64,000 nt of DNA from Microbotryum violaceum (Eukaryota), in contig CDLV01000008.1 in assembly GCA_001244265.2 (NCBI GenBank), forward strand, positions 1,798,001 to 1,862,000, written 5' to 3'. Each line of letters begins with the position of its first letter. The first letter of the stretch is position 1. Shown here piece after piece: positions 25,001-38,299 of the stretch. Under the pieces are notes generated by a model that saw only the letters and a list, made by a program, of their open reading frames with translations, was not told the DNA's origin and searched no databases. Made by a program: the position numbers and the translations under genes.

Positions 25001-28000
25001 GGTAGTACCGGGGCAGCTCTAGAGCACCTGCTTACGGTACTTTGATGCACCGCTCAGCTCCTGAAATCGTTCAACACCGACGGCTTCTTCAAGTTTGACT
25101 TTCAGAACGGGAAATGGCTTTATGACCTGCACCTGATCGCCAACAAGACGGTCACAACGGACGTTGTCGACTTGCTGATGGCCCAGATGCGTCGCCTTCC
25201 TAAACCGACTCGATACGCGTTGATGGTCGCCGCCTGCCTTGGAAACGAAGAGCTCAAGTCGACCACACTCGCCAAGGCAACGGGCAGGTCGCTGGCAGAG
25301 CTATCAGCGGATCTGCATGACGCCACAGAAGAAGGGCTGCTCTTCCCCGTTGGCATGATATCGCCCGATGCCGACGTCGCCGCCGCCGATCGCCCGGCCG
25401 CGCAAGCCAGCGCAAGCGACGAAGTCAATTCGAGCCAGGAAAAGGAGGCTGAACGACGAGCGCAGATGCACCTTGGATCACTCCGAGCGCGCAAAGGGCC
25501 GAGTGTACCCCAAGCTTATCGTTTCTTCCACGACCGATGCCAGCAGGCAGCATACGCGCTCGTCACCGCCGACGAACGCAGCCAGCTTCATCACGAGATT
25601 GGCCTTCGCCTCGTGGCATCGCTGACGGAGGACCAGCTGCAAGAGCAGATCTTCGACTTGGCAAACCAGTTGAACCTTGGCATCGAATTGCTGACGACCG
25701 ATGAAGATCGAGATCGACTGGCGCGGTTCAACTTTCTGGCGGGACAAAAAGCACAAAATTCGACGGCCTTCGAAGCGGCTCGCAAGTACTTGCAGACCGC
25801 ATGGGATTTACTCGGCGCCGACGGGTGGACTCGGCAATACCAGCTGATGAGCGACTTGGTCGAAGCGTTCATAGACGTCGAGTACTCGCTGACGGACTAT
25901 GCGGCGTCGCAGCAATTCATTCGCTTGTTCCTGTCCAATTCGAGCGATGCCGTCGCCAAGCTGAGGGTCTACGCTCGTTCCGTTCGGTGCGGATCGGCGA
26001 TGGGCGATTCATTGACAGCGATCAAGGCGGCGCGGGAGGGATTGGCGCAGGTCAATATGCGGCTGCCCGAGACAGGGTCGGAGGCAGATGCTCTGTTCGA
26101 CGAGATTCACGATCAACTCAAACTCGGAGTCGAGGGAATCCGCGCTCTATCCAACCTAGAACAAATGACGGATCCGATCGCTCTGGGGGTACAGAACCTC
26201 CTTGGGGCCCTCATCCCCCCGGTCTACTTCTCTCAGATCGAATTACTTGGAGGTTTGACGTCACTGGCCCTGCGCAATACAGTCCAACATGGTCTCAGCG
26301 ATGCGGGGTCCCTCTTCTTGACCCTCGATGCCGTCTACGTTCGGGCCAAGTACGACGATCTGGGCTCTGCTCTGGCATACGGTGACGTCGCCATTGGCTA
26401 CTTCGAAAAATATGGGGGAACCGCTTACGCGTGCCCGACGTACAAGGTCGTCTCGAGCCACATCACCGCATGGGCTCGCCCCATCGCCGAGACGATCCCG
26501 AACTATCGCACCGCCATCGCATATGGTCTCGAATACCGCGACGCCGAGTACGTCGGGTTTTCGTGCGCCGAGATCTGCTCTTATTTGTTACTCAGTGGAG
26601 CACCTCTGCCCGGAATCATGTCGAGTGTCGAAGGGTATGCTGTGCTGGTTCGCAAGTTCCGACACGAACTATCGACACTCTACATCGGCGTCATTCACCA
26701 AACTCTGCTGTGCCTGTCGGGCCGGAGCCCCAACCCGCTCGAGATCGAGGGCGAGGCGTTCTCCCATGCCGATTACCAGATCTGCGCCGATCGACCTTAC
26801 GGCACCGACTTGCATACATTCCACATGCTGCGTCTCATGATTCTGGTCTTCTTCGACCGCACGACGTCACCCGCGGCGCTGGAATCGATCAGAATCGGCC
26901 GCGATTTCATCTCGGGCGCCGACGGCTTGCTTTATCCGACTTACTTCCAGCTGTTTGAAGCGCTCTGCTTCTACGATCGCTTCGATGAGCTGACCAAGGG
27001 GGAGCTCCACACGCTTGATGCGACGGTCGCCCACTTCGCCAAAGTCTCGGTCGACTCGGCGACGAACTTCTTGCCCCTCAAACTTTGGCTCGACGCCGAA
27101 GCCGCTCGTGCCAAGTCGCAGCGAGAGGAGGCTATTTCGGCGTACGACTTAGCCATCGCGCTCGCGAGCGACTCGGGCTTCGTCCACATTGCTGCTTGCA
27201 TGAACGAGCGATGCGCCAAAATGCTCCAATCGCCAAAACTTTCGGCGGGATACATTATCGAGGCACATGCGATGTGGTCGACGTGGGGCTGCACCCCCAA
27301 AACGTCGAGCATGTTGTCCGAGCATCCTCTGCTGAACCATCCGACCACCTCGCCTATGCCTTCAACAGGTCTTGCGTACACGGGCTCGGTTGCATCGCCT
27401 GCCGCAACTGCGGATAGCTCAGATCGGCGGACGTCCGCCTACACGAGCGTGGCACACTCCGGCGAGGATCTAGCGATGTCTGTGACGCACAGTGAAGGTT
27501 TCGAGAGCATCAACGGGTCGACAAGTCGAGACAAACGGTCAACGGTGACTGCGATGTCGGCGTCGAAGTCCTTCTTCAGACGCCCCCGGTCCATCGACTC
27601 GCAGGACTCGATCTCTTCGCGAGAGGAAGCGGAGCACTCGTCAGAGGGACTGAAAGGAAAGAATCAGTTTGAGCATCGGTCGCTGATTGCCACCGAATTG
27701 GACCTTCGCACGGTCGTCTCGGCCTCCTCTGTGCTTTCGCAAGAGCTGACAGTCGATGGCGTGGTTTCCAAGCTGCTGTCTCTGGCACTTCGAACGGCGG
27801 GGGCAGAAATGGGCTTGCTCGTGCTCGATAAAGGCGGCTCGCTTTGTGCGGAGGCGATCGTGCGATCCGAGCTGGGTGATGTGCAGCATCTGCGCCGCCT
27901 CGAACCCATCGATGCCCAGCCCGACCGATTCCCTTGCAGTGTCATCCACTATGTTGCTCGCACCAAGACGATGGTGGTCAATAATCTGGATTCGCTCGGC

Positions 28001-30771
28001 GATAGTATTACCGACCCTTACCTCAAGGCGAACAAACCGCTTTCGCTCTTGTGCATCGCTTTGGCGAGTCAGTCACGCGTGACTGGTGAGTTGCTATGAA
28101 TCGCGTTGTCCTTCTGATGAGTTGTATCAAGGCTAACTCTTCCTGTTGGTACGCAATTCCTCTCGCAGGTGTACTCTACATGGAGAACTCGCAAACCGAC
28201 AGTGCATTTACGCCCGACCGCTTAGAGATCCTCTCCCTCATCTCGGGTCAAGCCGCGTCGACGATCGAGCGAGCCCGTTTGGTGCAAGACCTCAAGTTGG
28301 CTAACACGGACTTAAAGCGCTCGCAAGCCGCTCTCGAAGGCTACAATCGCAACCTGGAGGAAACTGTCGAGGATCGAACGCTTGAGTTGCGCCACAAGAA
28401 CGACCTGCTCCAGGCCGAGATCGCCCAAAAGGAGCGAGCCCAAGCCGAGATGCGCAAAGCAAAGGAGATCGCCGAAAGCGCCACCGCGATGAAATCGCAG
28501 TTCTTGGCCAACATGTCCCACGAGCTTCGAACTCCGTTCAATGCCGTCGTGTCCCTGACGACGCTGCTGCTCGATACCTCGCTGACGCCGGTCCAAACCG
28601 ACTATGTCGAGACGATCAAGAACTCGAGTCAAGAGCTGCTCGTGGTTATCAACGATATCTTGGATTACAGCAAGATCGAGCTTGATCATCTCGAACTCTC
28701 AAGCGAGCCGGTACAGCTACGCAGCGTGCTCGAGTCGTCGATGGACATGTTGGCCGAGAGGGCAGCGACCAAATCGGTGGAACTGGCGCTTGTGATCGAG
28801 GAAACCGACATCCGAATCTTGAGCGATCTGACTCGCCTGCGGCAGATCGTCGTCAACCTGCTCTCTAATGCTGTCAAGTTCACCTCCGAAGGGGAGATTA
28901 TCGTCACAGCCTCGTCGAGGAGGGTCGAAGCCAAGGGTCCCGACGGAAAGACGATGTGTCGCGTCACCATATCCGTCCAGGACACAGGCATCGGCATTGC
29001 CAAGGAGCACTACAATAAGCTCTTCCGTGTATTCTCGCAGGTCGAAGGCAGCGAGACAACGAAGCACTTTGGCGGTACCGGTCTCGGTCTCGCCATCTCG
29101 CGCAAGCTCTCGCTTCTTATGGGTGGCGACGTCACCGTCGACTCGGAGGTCGGCAAGGGTTCGACTTTCACCGTCCACATAGTTGCACCTATGCTTGAAA
29201 CGACGGAGATCGATCTCTACTCAGCTAGTCAGAATCCGGATCTGGTCGGTAAGCGATGCCTCGTCGTCGACGCGAATGCGACCAGTCGCAATGTCCTGCA
29301 CCAACTCGTCTCATCGTTTGGAATCAACACCGATGTACCCGACAATCCGATGTCAGCGTTTGCTCTCGCAAGCGATGCGCTTCGCGACGGAAAGCCTTAT
29401 GACGTCCTCATTTTGGACGCTTTCCTGCCGGCGTTCAGCGCTCTCATCTTGCTGCGTCGATTACGACAGGCGAACATCAACGTGCCGGCAATAGCGCTCA
29501 CGCGCATGGGCTCGCCGATCTACGAGGAGATGCGACAGCTTGATTGCAAATTTCTCATCAAGCCCATCAAACGCAATCGAATCCACCACACGCTGCGACA
29601 GATCTTCCCGATCGGTGCGATCAAATTGACGAGCCCTCCTCCAGCGAGCTCGCCGTTCCCGACCGGTCTTGGGGTACGCAACCCGCTCTCCATTCTCTGC
29701 GCTGAGGACAACCCGATCAACGTCAAGGTTATCACACATTTGCTTAAGCGTATGGCATACACAACCGACATCGCCGAAGACGGAGCGATCGCGCTGGAGA
29801 AGGTGCAAAAGAAGAAATACGACATTGTCTTGTGAGTCCGGTCCTCCTGCGAGGACACAAGCGTTCAACTTCTGACCAGGGCTGACGTGTTTGCGGCGTG
29901 GTCTGACGCTTGCCTTCAGCATGGATGTCAACATGCCAAAGTAAGCACTGTCCGTACGGTACTTTTTACCGCTTTCGGCGCTGACCTGGGTCCCTTTTGA
30001 TGTACTCTCAGCATGGACGGGCTTGAAGCGACTCGCCGTATCATCGAGTTGATGCCCAACCCAGCGACTCGGTGAGTGTTTCGGCTCGAGGAGACTGAGT
30101 TGTTCTATGTACGAAGCGTTTTCACCGATAAAAAATAATGCTTCCATGTTCAGCCCCATGATCGTCTGCCTCACAGCGAATGCGATGAGCGACGATCGAG
30201 ACAAGTGCCTGGCGGCCGGTGGAGAGTAAGTCATCGGTTGAGGTCGGGTTTCGGATGTCTAGGGAGCGTAGCTGATGCGATGGATTCTTTTCATTTGAAG
30301 TGGCTATGTGTCCAAGCCCATCCTGGTGCCTGATCTTGTCGCAGCGTGAGTTCCCCCCACTTACTCCACTGCCTGCCGCGCGAATCGTTCAAGCACTGAC
30401 ATCACAGTTGTGGACTCTGACATAGCCTCAATGACGCAAGCGCGAGGGTGAACCGAAGACGACTGTCACTGGTGGGCACGAGCGGGCCAAGCGACGACGC
30501 CTCTAGCGGATACAATTCACCGTTCCCCGTTGTCAACCCTTTCGACACCGCTGCGGCCGCCGAGCGTGTGGGTCGCCTCTCGGGTGCGTTGGCCTTGCCC
30601 GCTACTTGCCCGAGCCTGTCCCCTGCCCACTCCCCCAGGTCCATCATGTCTCGTCGTAATCGGAGCCGAAAGGATCGCGAGGATCAAACCGGCGATAGCT
30701 CTCTATCGGACTCGTCACCCTCCCCACCGGTCCCGCACTATCATTCAAGCGCCTCACCGTCGCCTAGTTGA
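22039..30771 (+). CDS. Group X-type hybrid histidine kinase (Chk1/Mak2-3-like): STK-like domain, P-loop ATPase, helical repeats, GAF, HisKA, HATPase, two receivers; about 12 exons
   Basis: Kinase-like YIAPECSGR..DYRSDYYSIG; Walker A GPSGVGKT; RFFHDRCQQAAY; GAF (LYMENSQTDSAFTPDRLE); H-box FLANMSHELRTP; N-box NLLSNAVKFT; G boxes DTGIGI and GGTGLGL; receiver AEDNPIN..MDVNMP..MDG..LTANA..SKP. Introns start at 22769, 23059, 24142, 24529, 24986, 28086, 29832, 29941, 30072, 30226 and 30346. Confidence 0.92.
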
Positions 30772-31339
30772 TGCTCTGACGCCCTTGTCGGCCTTGTATT
30801 TTCGCGCTTCTTTTTTTGTTTTCCTTTTTGAAAAGAATCTGTTTCTTGTTGTTATGTTTACTGTGCTGAATAAGGTGTTGTACGTTTCGAGCTTGGTTGT
30901 ACCGTGGGTCCGTCTGCAATTCGTTTAACCAGCAGATTCGGGAGTCTGCATCGACATTATTGTGGACCGAGTGGGACGAGAGAATGAATCATTTTCTGAA
31001 AGCGATGGACATCTCGTCATTTCACGCTCGCAGCCGACGGGCGCTGTAGACAGAGCCACATTGTTTGATGGAGCAGCATATTGATCATTAGGCCACCATT
31101 TCACGAGAAAGGGCACCGGGATGTGAGGACAACATGTGTTTACGGCAAGCACGCGGGTGAGAGCGAAAGATCGAGAGTAAAGAACAAGGTCATGTGTGAA
31201 CCATGAACCGGTGAGGGTAGAAAATCGAAGGGGAGAACACTGGACGGAACACAAGCCGCCTTTGTCGAGATAGGCTTTAGCCATCATCGACACCACAAGA
31301 TGGCAAAAGTGCTCAGAACTGTAATGCGGGGGTTGACGT

Positions 31340-31967
31340 TTACTTGGATCCCGAGGAGAACTTGGTGACGGCCTTGGTTCCTTCCGAGATGGCGTGCTTG
31401 GACAACTCTCCGGGGAGGATGAGGCGGACCGAGGTCTGGATCTCTCGCGAAGAGATAGTCGACTTGTGGCTGTACGACGCGAGCTTGGAGGCCTCAGTGG
31501 CGATGCGCTCGAAGCTGGAAGAAATAGTGGGATTTAGCCTCAGGTTTCACGTGACTTTGGAGGATCGCGTCGAAGAGGGTCGGCGTGAAAGTAGTCGACT
31601 TACATATCGTTGACGAACGAATTGAGGATGAGCATGGCCTTGTTGGAGATACCAGTGTCGGGGTGGACCTGCTTCAGCACCTTGCTATGAACGGGCGAAA
31701 ACACCGGTGACGCGACGCGTGCAGTGACCAGACGACGATCAGCTCTCGGCCCGATGCGCTCTCGAAACACCCAAGTGTGAGAGTAACGCACTAGATGTAC
31801 GAAGAGTAGGTCTCCTTTCGGACCTTGCGCCTCTTCTTCTTGTCACCATCGGCGGCGGGGGCCTTCTTGACGGCTTTCTTGGCGGGGGCTTTGCCAGCGG
31901 GCGCCTTGGACGCCGGCGCCTTGCCAGCGGTCGAGGCGGGCTTCTTCTCAGCAGCTTTGGGGGCCAT
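31340..31967 (-). CDS. HTB1: Histone H2B, 3 exons
   Basis: Exons 31967-31792, 31684-31604 and 31514-31340 give [55 protein letters not shown]. Confidence 0.97.
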
Positions 31968-32430
31968 TATGGATGATGGAGGTTGGGGTTGGGGGTTGGG
32001 TTTGAGGGTTGAGGGTTCGGGGGTTCGGGGGTTCGGGGGTAAAAGCGGGATGGGGAGGGAGGAAAGACAAGCAGTGAAAGAATTGAAGCGCGTGAGGCAA
32101 CTCGCGGACGTCGGCGTTTGTTTTGGTCGGTTGTTTGTGGAGCTCCTCGGCTTTGGCGCGCGAGACATCACAACCTAGCCCGAGTCACTTCCTCATTTCG
32201 TCACCCAAGGTGCAAATCTGCGCCTAATGTTGCTCGGATCCTATCCCGAGTCGCTGCTCCCGTTCGCCGCAACTCTTTAAAGGTCACAGCTTCAATACAG
32301 TATTTTCGAGTGGCCCTCGCTCCTCGGCGCGTCTGCCTTTCTCCCTTTCTCCCTCCTTTGCTCCACCCCGTGTTCATCCAACTCACTTCAACCCACCCAA
32401 ATCCTCAACCCAAACCCACTTTACATCAAC
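31968..32430. promoter_or_regulatory. Bidirectional H2A/H2B promoter and 5' UTRs
   Basis: A 463-bp interval between divergent histone start codons, the usual fungal arrangement. Confidence 0.7.
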
Positions 32431-33001
32431 ATGTCTTCAGGCGGCAAATCAGGTCAGTTATCAACGAGGCACGAACCTGCCTACGTTGATGTGACTCACT
32501 GAATCCACCTCGTGCTGTCTTCTGGCAAACACAGGAGGCAAGGCCAAGGCCGGAGCTGACTCCAAGACTCAATCGCGCTCGTCCAAGGCCGGATTGCAGT
32601 TCCCCGTCGGTCGTATCCATCGTTTGTTGCGCCGAGGCAACTACGCCCAGCGTGTCGGTGAGTCTTTACAGGCAGACGCGCTAGAGAGCCATCGCGTGAT
32701 CCAAGGAAGAGAAATTGACCTCTCACTTTTCTATCTCTTCCTCTCAGGTGCCGGTGCGCCCGTCTACCTGGCCGCCGTCCTCGAGTACCTGGCCGCCGAG
32801 ATCCTCGAGTTGGCCGGTAATGCCGCCCGTGACAACAAGAAGTCGCGTATTATCCCCCGTCACTTGCAGCTCGCGATCCGCAACGACGAGGAGTTAAACC
32901 GCCTCCTCGGGTCCGTCGTCATCTCCCAAGGTGGTGTCTTGCCCAACATCCACTCGGAGCTCTTGCCTACCAAGTCCAAGAAGCCCGAGAAGGCCGAGTA
33001 A
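32431..33001 (+). CDS. HTA1: Histone H2A, 3 exons, divergent from H2B
   Basis: Exons 32431-32452, 32535-32657 and 32748-33001 give [57 protein letters not shown]. Confidence 0.97.
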
Positions 33002-33478
33002 ACGTTTCTACGACCGTTTACGCCATCTCCCTTCTTCCACTCGACACTTTATCCGACTTTCATCTTGTCCGCGGGGCCCGACATTCGAACGCGATGGGGG
33101 TTCCTCATTGCTTTAAAATCCGTATCACGAATTCGATCGCCAAACCCCAAGGACCAACCTGTTTTCACCACCATCCCTTTTTTTGGACCCACGGCGTGCG
33201 CTCGTGCTCGTTTGTTGCAGTTGGATCGGACTCTCTTTATGTTGCCAACAGTTTCTTCGGTATCAGACCTGTAACACTCGAGAAAGGCGCTGTCCGCAGT
33301 TGTCCCCTTCACCCTGCATGAATTGTTTTCGAAGACAGGCGAGCTGAGAGAAGACATCCGCGAACACTTTAACCTTCAGCTTTGATCCAGCGTTAGCGAA
33401 GAGCGCAGTTCGGCATTTCAGCATGAAGTTTCACAGACTGGAGACGCCTGCAAAAACCTCTTGTATATGGCATATCAT

Positions 33479-35649
33479 CTACAGAGCCGGTCCTGCACCC
33501 ATCTTGGCCATCTTCTTATCATTGCCTCTCTGCCTCCTGACGTGCGCCGCACGATTTCCATCGCCTCTTCCTCGCCCACCGTCTCGTCCGCCTCTCGCGC
33601 CAGCGCCACCGCGCCCTCGTCTCCTACCCCGACCAAGGCCCTGATCACGATTCCCTCCTCCTCCCCCTCCCGTATTCGGTCGTGCGTCTTCGTCCTCGCC
33701 TTCCTCGTCGCTGTCGTCCTCTTCCGACCCCGGACCAGCATGTCGCTCTTTGACATCCTCGACCATCCTCCGCTCCAACACCTTCTCCTTCCTCTTCGGG
33801 TCTCTCTCTAGCATGATCCTCCACCCTTCCAGCTGCTCATCCCCGAGTCCAGTCTTCTGCTTCAATTCGGCCCTCATCTTGGATTTGCGCGTCGCTGAAG
33901 ACCGATCGAACAAAGCCGGATCGGAGAGGTAAGTTCGTTCAAGCAATTTGACGAGCGTCGCGTTATTGAACGGGTTCAAAGTCGACGTGTCACTTGTAGC
34001 AACACTTCCCTTAAGAGGCGTGCTTGTCCCAGACGTCGTAGTAGCAAGGGGTGTTTCAATCCCCTCGTTACGGTCACGAACGTCAAACGAGCGTTCAACC
34101 GCTCTGAACCGGTCCTCATCATCGTCAACTTCTTCGTCATCGTTATTCTCGGAATCGGAAGATTCTCGTTCGGCTCGTTCGATGATGAGTGCTTTGAGTT
34201 GTTCAGTCATGAATGACTGATCGGCGAGAAACTGCTTCGATTCGTTTTGGTGGTGTACTGTGGATCGGTTCGTCTTGAGCAAGGTCGGGTTCAGCGACGC
34301 CGGGTCAAAGATGTTGGAGCGGACGATGCGTGCGTGCGCATTATTCGGTCGGGGAGGTACAGATTGGGTTGGAGTCTTTGTGGGTTCTTCGATCTTAGTA
34401 GATGGGACGGGATTGCGAAGAAGTTCATCCAAATCCGAGGGTAAACTCTCCTCGAAGATGGAGGCGATGACGGCCTCGGAGGGTGCAGAGGTCGATGAGA
34501 ACCTTGGGTGGAGCAAGCATGTGCGCAGAAAATTGGGCGATAGATCGGGTAGCACGTCCAGGATCTGACTGATCTGTAACGAGAGAAGATCCTGTGTTGT
34601 TGTACAAGCTTGGGTTAGTATAGGGACACAGCCTTTGGAGCTGGATAGGGTCGACTCGCCTCTTGTTCTGGTGAATGCACTTCTTGCTCCACGACCTTTC
34701 TTTTGCCTTTACCCGGCATGGTGTCGTGGGCTGGTCTTGACACTGGTCGAAGACTTCGCAGTCGTCTAAACCACTCGCTGACCTCTCGAGTTTGCAGACC
34801 TCGTAATCCTTGAACCAGTCGATCGATCCTCGCTTTGATTTCGTTGGCTGATGCCTTGCCGCTCGACCGTTGCAATGTCGCCGATGTGGAGAACAAGGTC
34901 TCGAGATCGGCCAAGAGAGGTGCATCGACACCCGCTCTCGGTATGGAGAATGAAGACGAGGACTCCTGGTTCGAGTGTAGTACGGGCCCGAGGACGGTGT
35001 CGAGTTGTACGAGGTGGACGTGGACATTCTGATCGATTTGAGCCGAACGAAGTGGGGTCCAAAAGGCGGCTTCGAGCATCGCTTCGACAGTCGAAAGGAT
35101 AAAGACCTTCTGCTCTAGTTGCTGCTCGATTTGGCCGCTGGAGATCGTAGATTGATAGAGCTTGTGGAAAGCTTGCCATACCTCGGGATGACGTGCATAT
35201 GCTCGAGCGATCGTCGAACTGACTCGGATCATCGCCATTGAAAGTTGGCATAGTTGCCACTCCTCGTCTGTTTCGTTTGATGAATGGGACGCGAAGACTA
35301 GGGGCGCCGTGTTGAGGACTTGATCGTGAAGCGTCGAGTCGACTCGCAGTACTCGATCGAGGACTGACTCGACTCGCGTTCGGTCGGTCGGACCCAAGTG
35401 GAGCGCATACAGGCCACAGAGCGTGTAGGTGAACGTGCCAGAGAGGTGCGAGAGTCGATCCAAGAGCGCATGAAGGAGCGGTCGATGCGGATCGCCGGGA
35501 TGGCTCGTCGATAGGAGGTGGTACAAGGTCGTACAGAGCGAAGGCTGGGACAGGAGCGAGACGAGGTGCGTCGCAGCGACTTGGTGCACGAGCAGCGTCA
35601 GCAGTTGGGTTGCCTGCGACGAGGTGAGGGGGGATGCCGGCACCGTCAT
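33479..35649 (-). CDS. CUE-domain protein, Cue3/ASCC2-like (RQT/ASC-1 complex), 2 exons
   Basis: CUE-like ISQILDVLPDLSPNFLRTCL; QLEGWRIMLERDPK; RG-rich tail ending RQRGNDKKMAKMG. The two ORFs are joined by a GC-AG intron at 34659-34592. Confidence 0.75.
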
Positions 35650-35945
35650 TGGTTGCAGTCTGAACAGCTCCGATCGATAGACTGAACGGCACGGAGGAGA
35701 GGAGAGAGAGGAGGCCGTGCGACGTTTCCTCGTGTGGGGGACCTTACCTTACATGAAAATTACCTTACCTGAAAATTCTATCTGACTTGGTTTCATTTCT
35801 GTTGTCGACTTTGACTTAGAAAAGAAAATGACCCGAGGATAAATAAGTCAGGACCGTCTCTCCTACCTGACTCGAGTCTCGCCAACAACCTCACGCGCCA
35901 CGTGACACGTGTTCTCGCAGTCTGTGCGACCCCTTCGACACCACC

Positions 35946-36151
35946 CCCGCCTCCGACCCGCCTCCGACCCGCCTCCGACCCGCCTCCGACCCGCCTCGGA
36001 CCCGCCTCGGACCCGCCTCCGACCCGCCTCCGACCCGCCTCCGACCCGCCTCCGACCCGCCTCGGACCCGCCTCGGACCCGCCTCCGACCCGCCTCCGAC
36101 CCGCCTCCGACCCGCCTCCGACCCGCCTCCGACCCGCCTCCGACCCGCCTC
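35946..36151. repeat. 11-bp minisatellite (CCCGCCTCCGA, variant CCCGCCTCGGA), about 19 copies
   Basis: Read directly. Variant units recur in pairs, indicating a higher-order duplication. Confidence 0.95.
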
Positions 36152-36249
36152 GGGCCACCTGACAGCTCAGGAGTCCATACTCAACAGCATTCGATCGTTC
36201 CTAAACTAATCGAATGGTCGTTCTCTCACACATGGTTGCAAGCCATGGT

Positions 36250-38100
36250 GTCTTTCCACCTCCATTGCCGATCTAGGCAACGCGACGATGGAGGCCCACA
36301 TCCGGATGGTGCAGACAGAACCTCCTCTAGAAACGACGAGTACTATCTCTCTCCACCTTATGACGCAGAGCTCATTCACCCTCTCTTAAAGCACATGTAC
36401 CTCTTCCTACGTCACTACCTGCATTGCACACCCATGCTAGCCTCCACGCCGCTCCTCTTCACCCGACGAGCTTCGCACGGACGCCATGCCTCCCACCATA
36501 TCCTCCCACCTTATTACTCTGAAACCCCCCGTACATCACCGCCTGTTTTGCAACACCACGCTAGCCTCCAAGCCGCTCCTCCTAATCCGACGAGCATCGC
36601 ACGGACGCAATGCTTTCCACCAACTACCGAACTGCCCAACCAACCCACTAACTCACCTCTATGACCTCAGCAATCCTCATTTCTCTTACACCTGGACTCC
36701 GAACGAATTCCTCACAGTAATACGAATCCCTTACACCTCACTTCCTTCGTAACGACCCTGAGAAGGAGCCAATACCGGATACTATTCTTTGCGCCCGTAA
36801 AAGGACAGACTAGGAGACCCCCCTATCACTCGCCTGTAAAAAATGTGAGCACCTTTATCGAGCTGCGACATAGCAGAATGACGAATTAGTCGTTGCAATC
36901 CGCCCCTGTCCTCCGCACGCTTTCAATGATTCCCTTTGGGAATTCCTACTCGAACACTTTTACCTTCCCGGGGACCTTCGCTGGCCCAATACTACCATGC
37001 AACCCTCTTACTCGACACTTACAATACTTCCATTTCCATCTATTGAGAAATGCCAATCTCCCCATCCAATGCCAAACCTGAGATCTGACATTCATTCCTG
37101 TCTCTCCTAACCCCTTACTATTCTGCGCTGAGCCCGGTGTTTGTTTCCCGGCGGGAATTTTAAGCCGACTTGCCTTAGAAAACTTACTCCTGTCCGATCT
37201 CAAACTCGAGCACGCCATACCAACAACCGAACACGTCATCTGGCGGAAGTGACTTGGTTCCGACATTCACGCACTTTTCCGGAATAAGGCCGCAGACGTT
37301 ACACCTCTTCCGAGCCTCGCTCTTCCACAATTCGACTTCTCGCGCTCTGCCATGGTCCCAAAGCCTTTCATCGAAAATGACTGCACACCGATCCGGAACA
37401 CTAACCCACTACCACACCGGCTCATCGTCTCGAACCTTCCCGCCATTTTCGGTGACATAGCGAAGCAAACGGCTGAGGCCAGCCTGGAACACCTCCTCTC
37501 CATGGCCGGGATTGGCCCCAACCACCAACCAGCTTTCTTCGAGTCACACAAGATCGGCTACCCTACGGGCCTTCCGGATCCTCCCCAGTCAAGGTACAAA
37601 GCTTTGAATACAGATTACTTCGAGATCATTTTGGCCGGAAAACGATCTCGAAGTAGTCTGTGTTGAGAGCTTTGTACCTTGACTGGGGAGGATCCGATAG
37701 GCCCGTAACATCCAGTATACCACAAAAAATACACGCATTCCTCAACGCCAACCCATACCGTGAGTGGAGCAAAGTACCGCCACGGTTCAACCCACGAGTT
37801 CATCTCTTAACGGCTCAATTCTTGAACCGAGCAGACCCGTCAACGTTCGCGACCCCACTGCTTGACGGAGATGGCAATCTGTGGCCTCGTTTGTTCGCTC
37901 ACTTTACGGACACAAAATGAAACGACGTTGTGAGATATGTTCGCTTAGCTTTCGATGCGCAACGACACTCTGGCAAAGATCGCTTCAAGGTCATCGAGTG
38001 AGCTCCTGAGGATCTGCTTCGCAAGGCGGTGAAAGCACACATCGACAAGCACTTCGAGGATATGCTCGACGTCCCGGCCGAATCCTGCATCTCCGTCACA
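36250..38100 (+). pseudogene. Decayed coding-like region of unknown family within a TE-rich block
   Basis: The frame of 37660..37920 continues through two TGA stops into 38029.. (FTDTK*NDVVRYVRLAF..VIE*APEDLLRKAVKAH). A diverged ~70-bp direct repeat lies at 36428 and 36554. Confidence 0.3.
37564..37707. repeat. ~144-nt fold-back hairpin
   Basis: GGATCCTCCCCAGTCAAGGTACAAAGCT..TACTTCGAGATC pairs with GATCTCGAAGTA..AGCTTTGTACCTTGACTGGGGAGGATCC. Confidence 0.9.
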
Positions 38101-38299
38101 ACTGAATCAAGCACTCGACATGATAGAACCGCTGCGATCCCGGCCGAATCCCGCATCTCCGTTACAACTGAATCAAGCACTCGACATGATAGAACCGCGT
38201 TGAAATCCAGCGGTTCTATCATGTCGGCTGCGATTTCAACGCGGTTCTATCATGTCGAGTGCTTGATTCAGTTGTAACGGAGATGCAGGATTCGGCCGG
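38072..38299. repeat. 66-bp tandem duplication followed by an inverted copy
   Basis: Direct copies start at 38072 and 38138. 38232-38299 is the reverse complement of 38140-38207. Confidence 0.9.

Noticed and set aside
35793..36664. ORFs with RLRPASDPPPT / GGGSEAGRRRV repeats
   Set aside because: Open frames produced by the 11-bp minisatellite.
38072..38299. Possible CRISPR-like array
   Set aside because: Eukaryotic context, no unique spacers and no cas genes; it is a tandem/inverted duplication.
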